Shown here: positions 4,092-5,125 of the stretch, in pieces
Numbering within the stretch: position 1 is the stretch's first letter
Layout of the letters: each line of letters opens with the position of its first letter
NCBI GenBank assembly: GCA_964468425.1
Contig: CAYXSZ010000046.1
Span: forward strand, 1-5,125
Source: Candidatus Woesearchaeota archaeon
GTDB lineage: Archaea > Nanobdellota > Nanobdellia > Nanobdellales > Nanobdellaceae
Direction of reading: 5' to 3'
DNA: 5,125 nt
Made by a program: the position numbers and the translations under genes
The notes under the pieces: generated by a model
What the model saw: only the letters and a program-made list of their open reading frames with translations
Database searches by the model: none
Told to the model about the DNA's origin: nothing

Positions 4092-4802
4092 TTAAATCTT
4101 AACAACGCCGACCTCCCTTCCCCGGACATAGACTTCTTTGAAAGAGAATTTTCGTTTAACCTTCTTGGCTAACTCCATAACAAACTTTTTCGGTGTTATG
4201 TAGCTGTCGGTGACACATTGTTGCAATACGTAAATGAAGTTCTCGGAAATAGAATTTAGATGCTCGCAGATATTAAAAATGTCATTTTCTGAAAGCTCCG
4301 GAATAAGAGTCGTTCGCAGCTCTACGAAATCGTGATCGGAAATAAGCTCGAGAGTTTTTAACAGGTTTTTTATAACAGAAGAATCTCGAATTCCTATGAT
4401 TTTTTCATAATCGTAGTTAGAATTCAAAGGAAACTTAACGTCCATCGCTAAATGGTCTACTAACTCTTTATTTAAAAAGGATTCGATAACTCTTGGATTT
4501 GATCCGTTGGTATTCAAGCTGGTTTTAAGGTTTAAAGACTTAACCTCCTCGAAAAAAACCTTTAAAGCTCGTGACTGGAGTGTTGGTTCGCCCCCCGATG
4601 CCTGGACGAAATCGACCACAAAGTTACTCCTTATTTTTCTTAACAAGAAATTTAAATCGACATCGAAACCTGAAGTTAAAATTTCGCGATTGTGACACCA
4701 AGGACAGTTAAAGTTGCAACCAGAGAAAAAAACTACGAAGGAAGGATGTCCAATTACATCGATCAGCGATGTTTCGACATATCCACCAATCTTAATTCGC
4801 AT
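4092..4802 (-). CDS. nrdG: Anaerobic ribonucleoside-triphosphate reductase activating protein (radical SAM activase, long NrdG type)
   Basis: The 236-aa ORF contains VVFFSGCNFNCPWCHN, which is the CX3CX2C radical-SAM cluster motif in the NrdG/PflA context. ASGGEPTLQ supplies the GGE SAM-binding motif. The gene lies immediately downstream of nrdD and overlaps it by 11 nt (4792-4802). Confidence 0.88.
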   Translation of the reverse strand: MRIKIGGYVETSLIDVIGHPSFVVFFSGCNFNCPWCHNREILTSGFDVDLNFLLRKIRSNFVVDFVQASGGEPTLQSRALKVFFEEVKSLNLKTSLNTNGSNPRVIESFLNKELVDHLAMDVKFPLNSNYDYEKIIGIRDSSVIKNLLKTLELISDHDFVELRTTLIPELSENDIFNICEHLNSISENFIYVLQQCVTDSYITPKKFVMELAKKVKRKFSFKEVYVRGREVGVVKI

Positions 4803-5125
4803 AGTACTTAGGCATTATCGAACCAGACTCTCCGTAGTGAACTCTATAGAAGAACTCCGCTCTCTTTCCAATGTTCCACTTAGAGATTGGACGGTAATAA
4901 CCTACTATTCTAGACCAAAGCTCCACCTTTCTTCCACATTTCGGACACTTTGTGTAAATTCCAACCGCATTCCAACCACAATGTCTACAAGAAGCTATAG
5001 TAGGCGTTATCGAGAAATAAACGACTTTTGTGTTCTTTGCGATTTTTTCTACGAGTCTTCTAAGCGCTGAAGGATCTGGAGACTCGAACAAGAAAATATG
5101 CATCATAACTCCCCCAGTAAATTCT
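4792..5125 (-). CDS. nrdD: Anaerobic (class III) ribonucleoside-triphosphate reductase NrdD, C-terminal part only; the 5' end lies beyond the right edge
   Basis: The reading frame stays open upstream of the listed Met to the window edge (…EFTGGVMMHIFLFE…). The translation contains a C-terminal zinc ribbon (CRHC…CPKC) followed by the glycyl-radical motif SRIVGYYRPISKWNIGKRAEF (RxxGY). Both are typical of NrdD C-termini. Confidence 0.9.
   Translation of the reverse strand, partial: EFTGGVMMHIFLFESPDPSALRRLVEKIAKNTKVVYFSITPTIASCRHCGWNAVGIYTKCPKCGRKVELWSRIVGYYRPISKWNIGKRAEFFYRVHYGESGSIMPKYYAN

Noticed and set aside
1-5125. A search for CRISPR repeats, transposase or integrase genes, toxin-antitoxin pairs and defence-island signatures.
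   Set aside because: No periodic repeats and no ORFs with such motifs were found. Every substantial ORF is accounted for by a housekeeping or metabolic family.

Overview
The window is a compact, AT-rich archaeal chromosomal region of about 35-40% GC, judged by eye and not computed. Nearly all of it is coding, and most of it is housekeeping. On the minus strand, rpoH (Rpo5) is followed by the N-terminal half of a split RNA polymerase subunit B (B''/Rpo2N). These diverge, across a 39-bp promoter region, from a plus-strand RimK-type ATP-grasp ligase. After the ligase come two tandem, overlapping and deeply diverged PlsY-family (COG0344/PF02660) membrane proteins. Next is an intact 72-nt tRNA-Gly(CCC) whose stems are entirely G-C. 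The minus strand then carries the class III anaerobic ribonucleotide reductase pair: the 3' end of nrdD overlapping nrdG. Together, RpoH, the split subunit B, the TATA-like boxes, the GC-rich tRNA in an AT-rich genome and the class III RNR point to an anaerobic, probably thermophilic archaeon with a compacted genome. The species cannot be determined from the sequence alone. I found no CRISPR array, mobile element, integrase or long repeat, and no clear defence system. Six things deserve a second look. (1) The ATP-grasp gene sits next to two PlsY-like genes; both families use acyl-phosphate chemistry, and this is an archaeon, where a G3P acyltransferase is not expected. (2) The second PlsY paralogue has a degraded motif 1. 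(3) rpoB'' is followed by an oligo-T tract and a GC-rich 92 nt rather than by rpoB'. (4) An 8-nt TTTAAAAA/TTTTTAAA box lies exactly 21 nt upstream of three ATG codons, which implies leaderless mRNAs and a symmetric bidirectional promoter. (5) The tRNA-Gly has C instead of the near-universal U at position 33. (6) RpoH carries a lysine-rich N-terminal extension. All homology statements come from reading motifs by eye; no database search was run.
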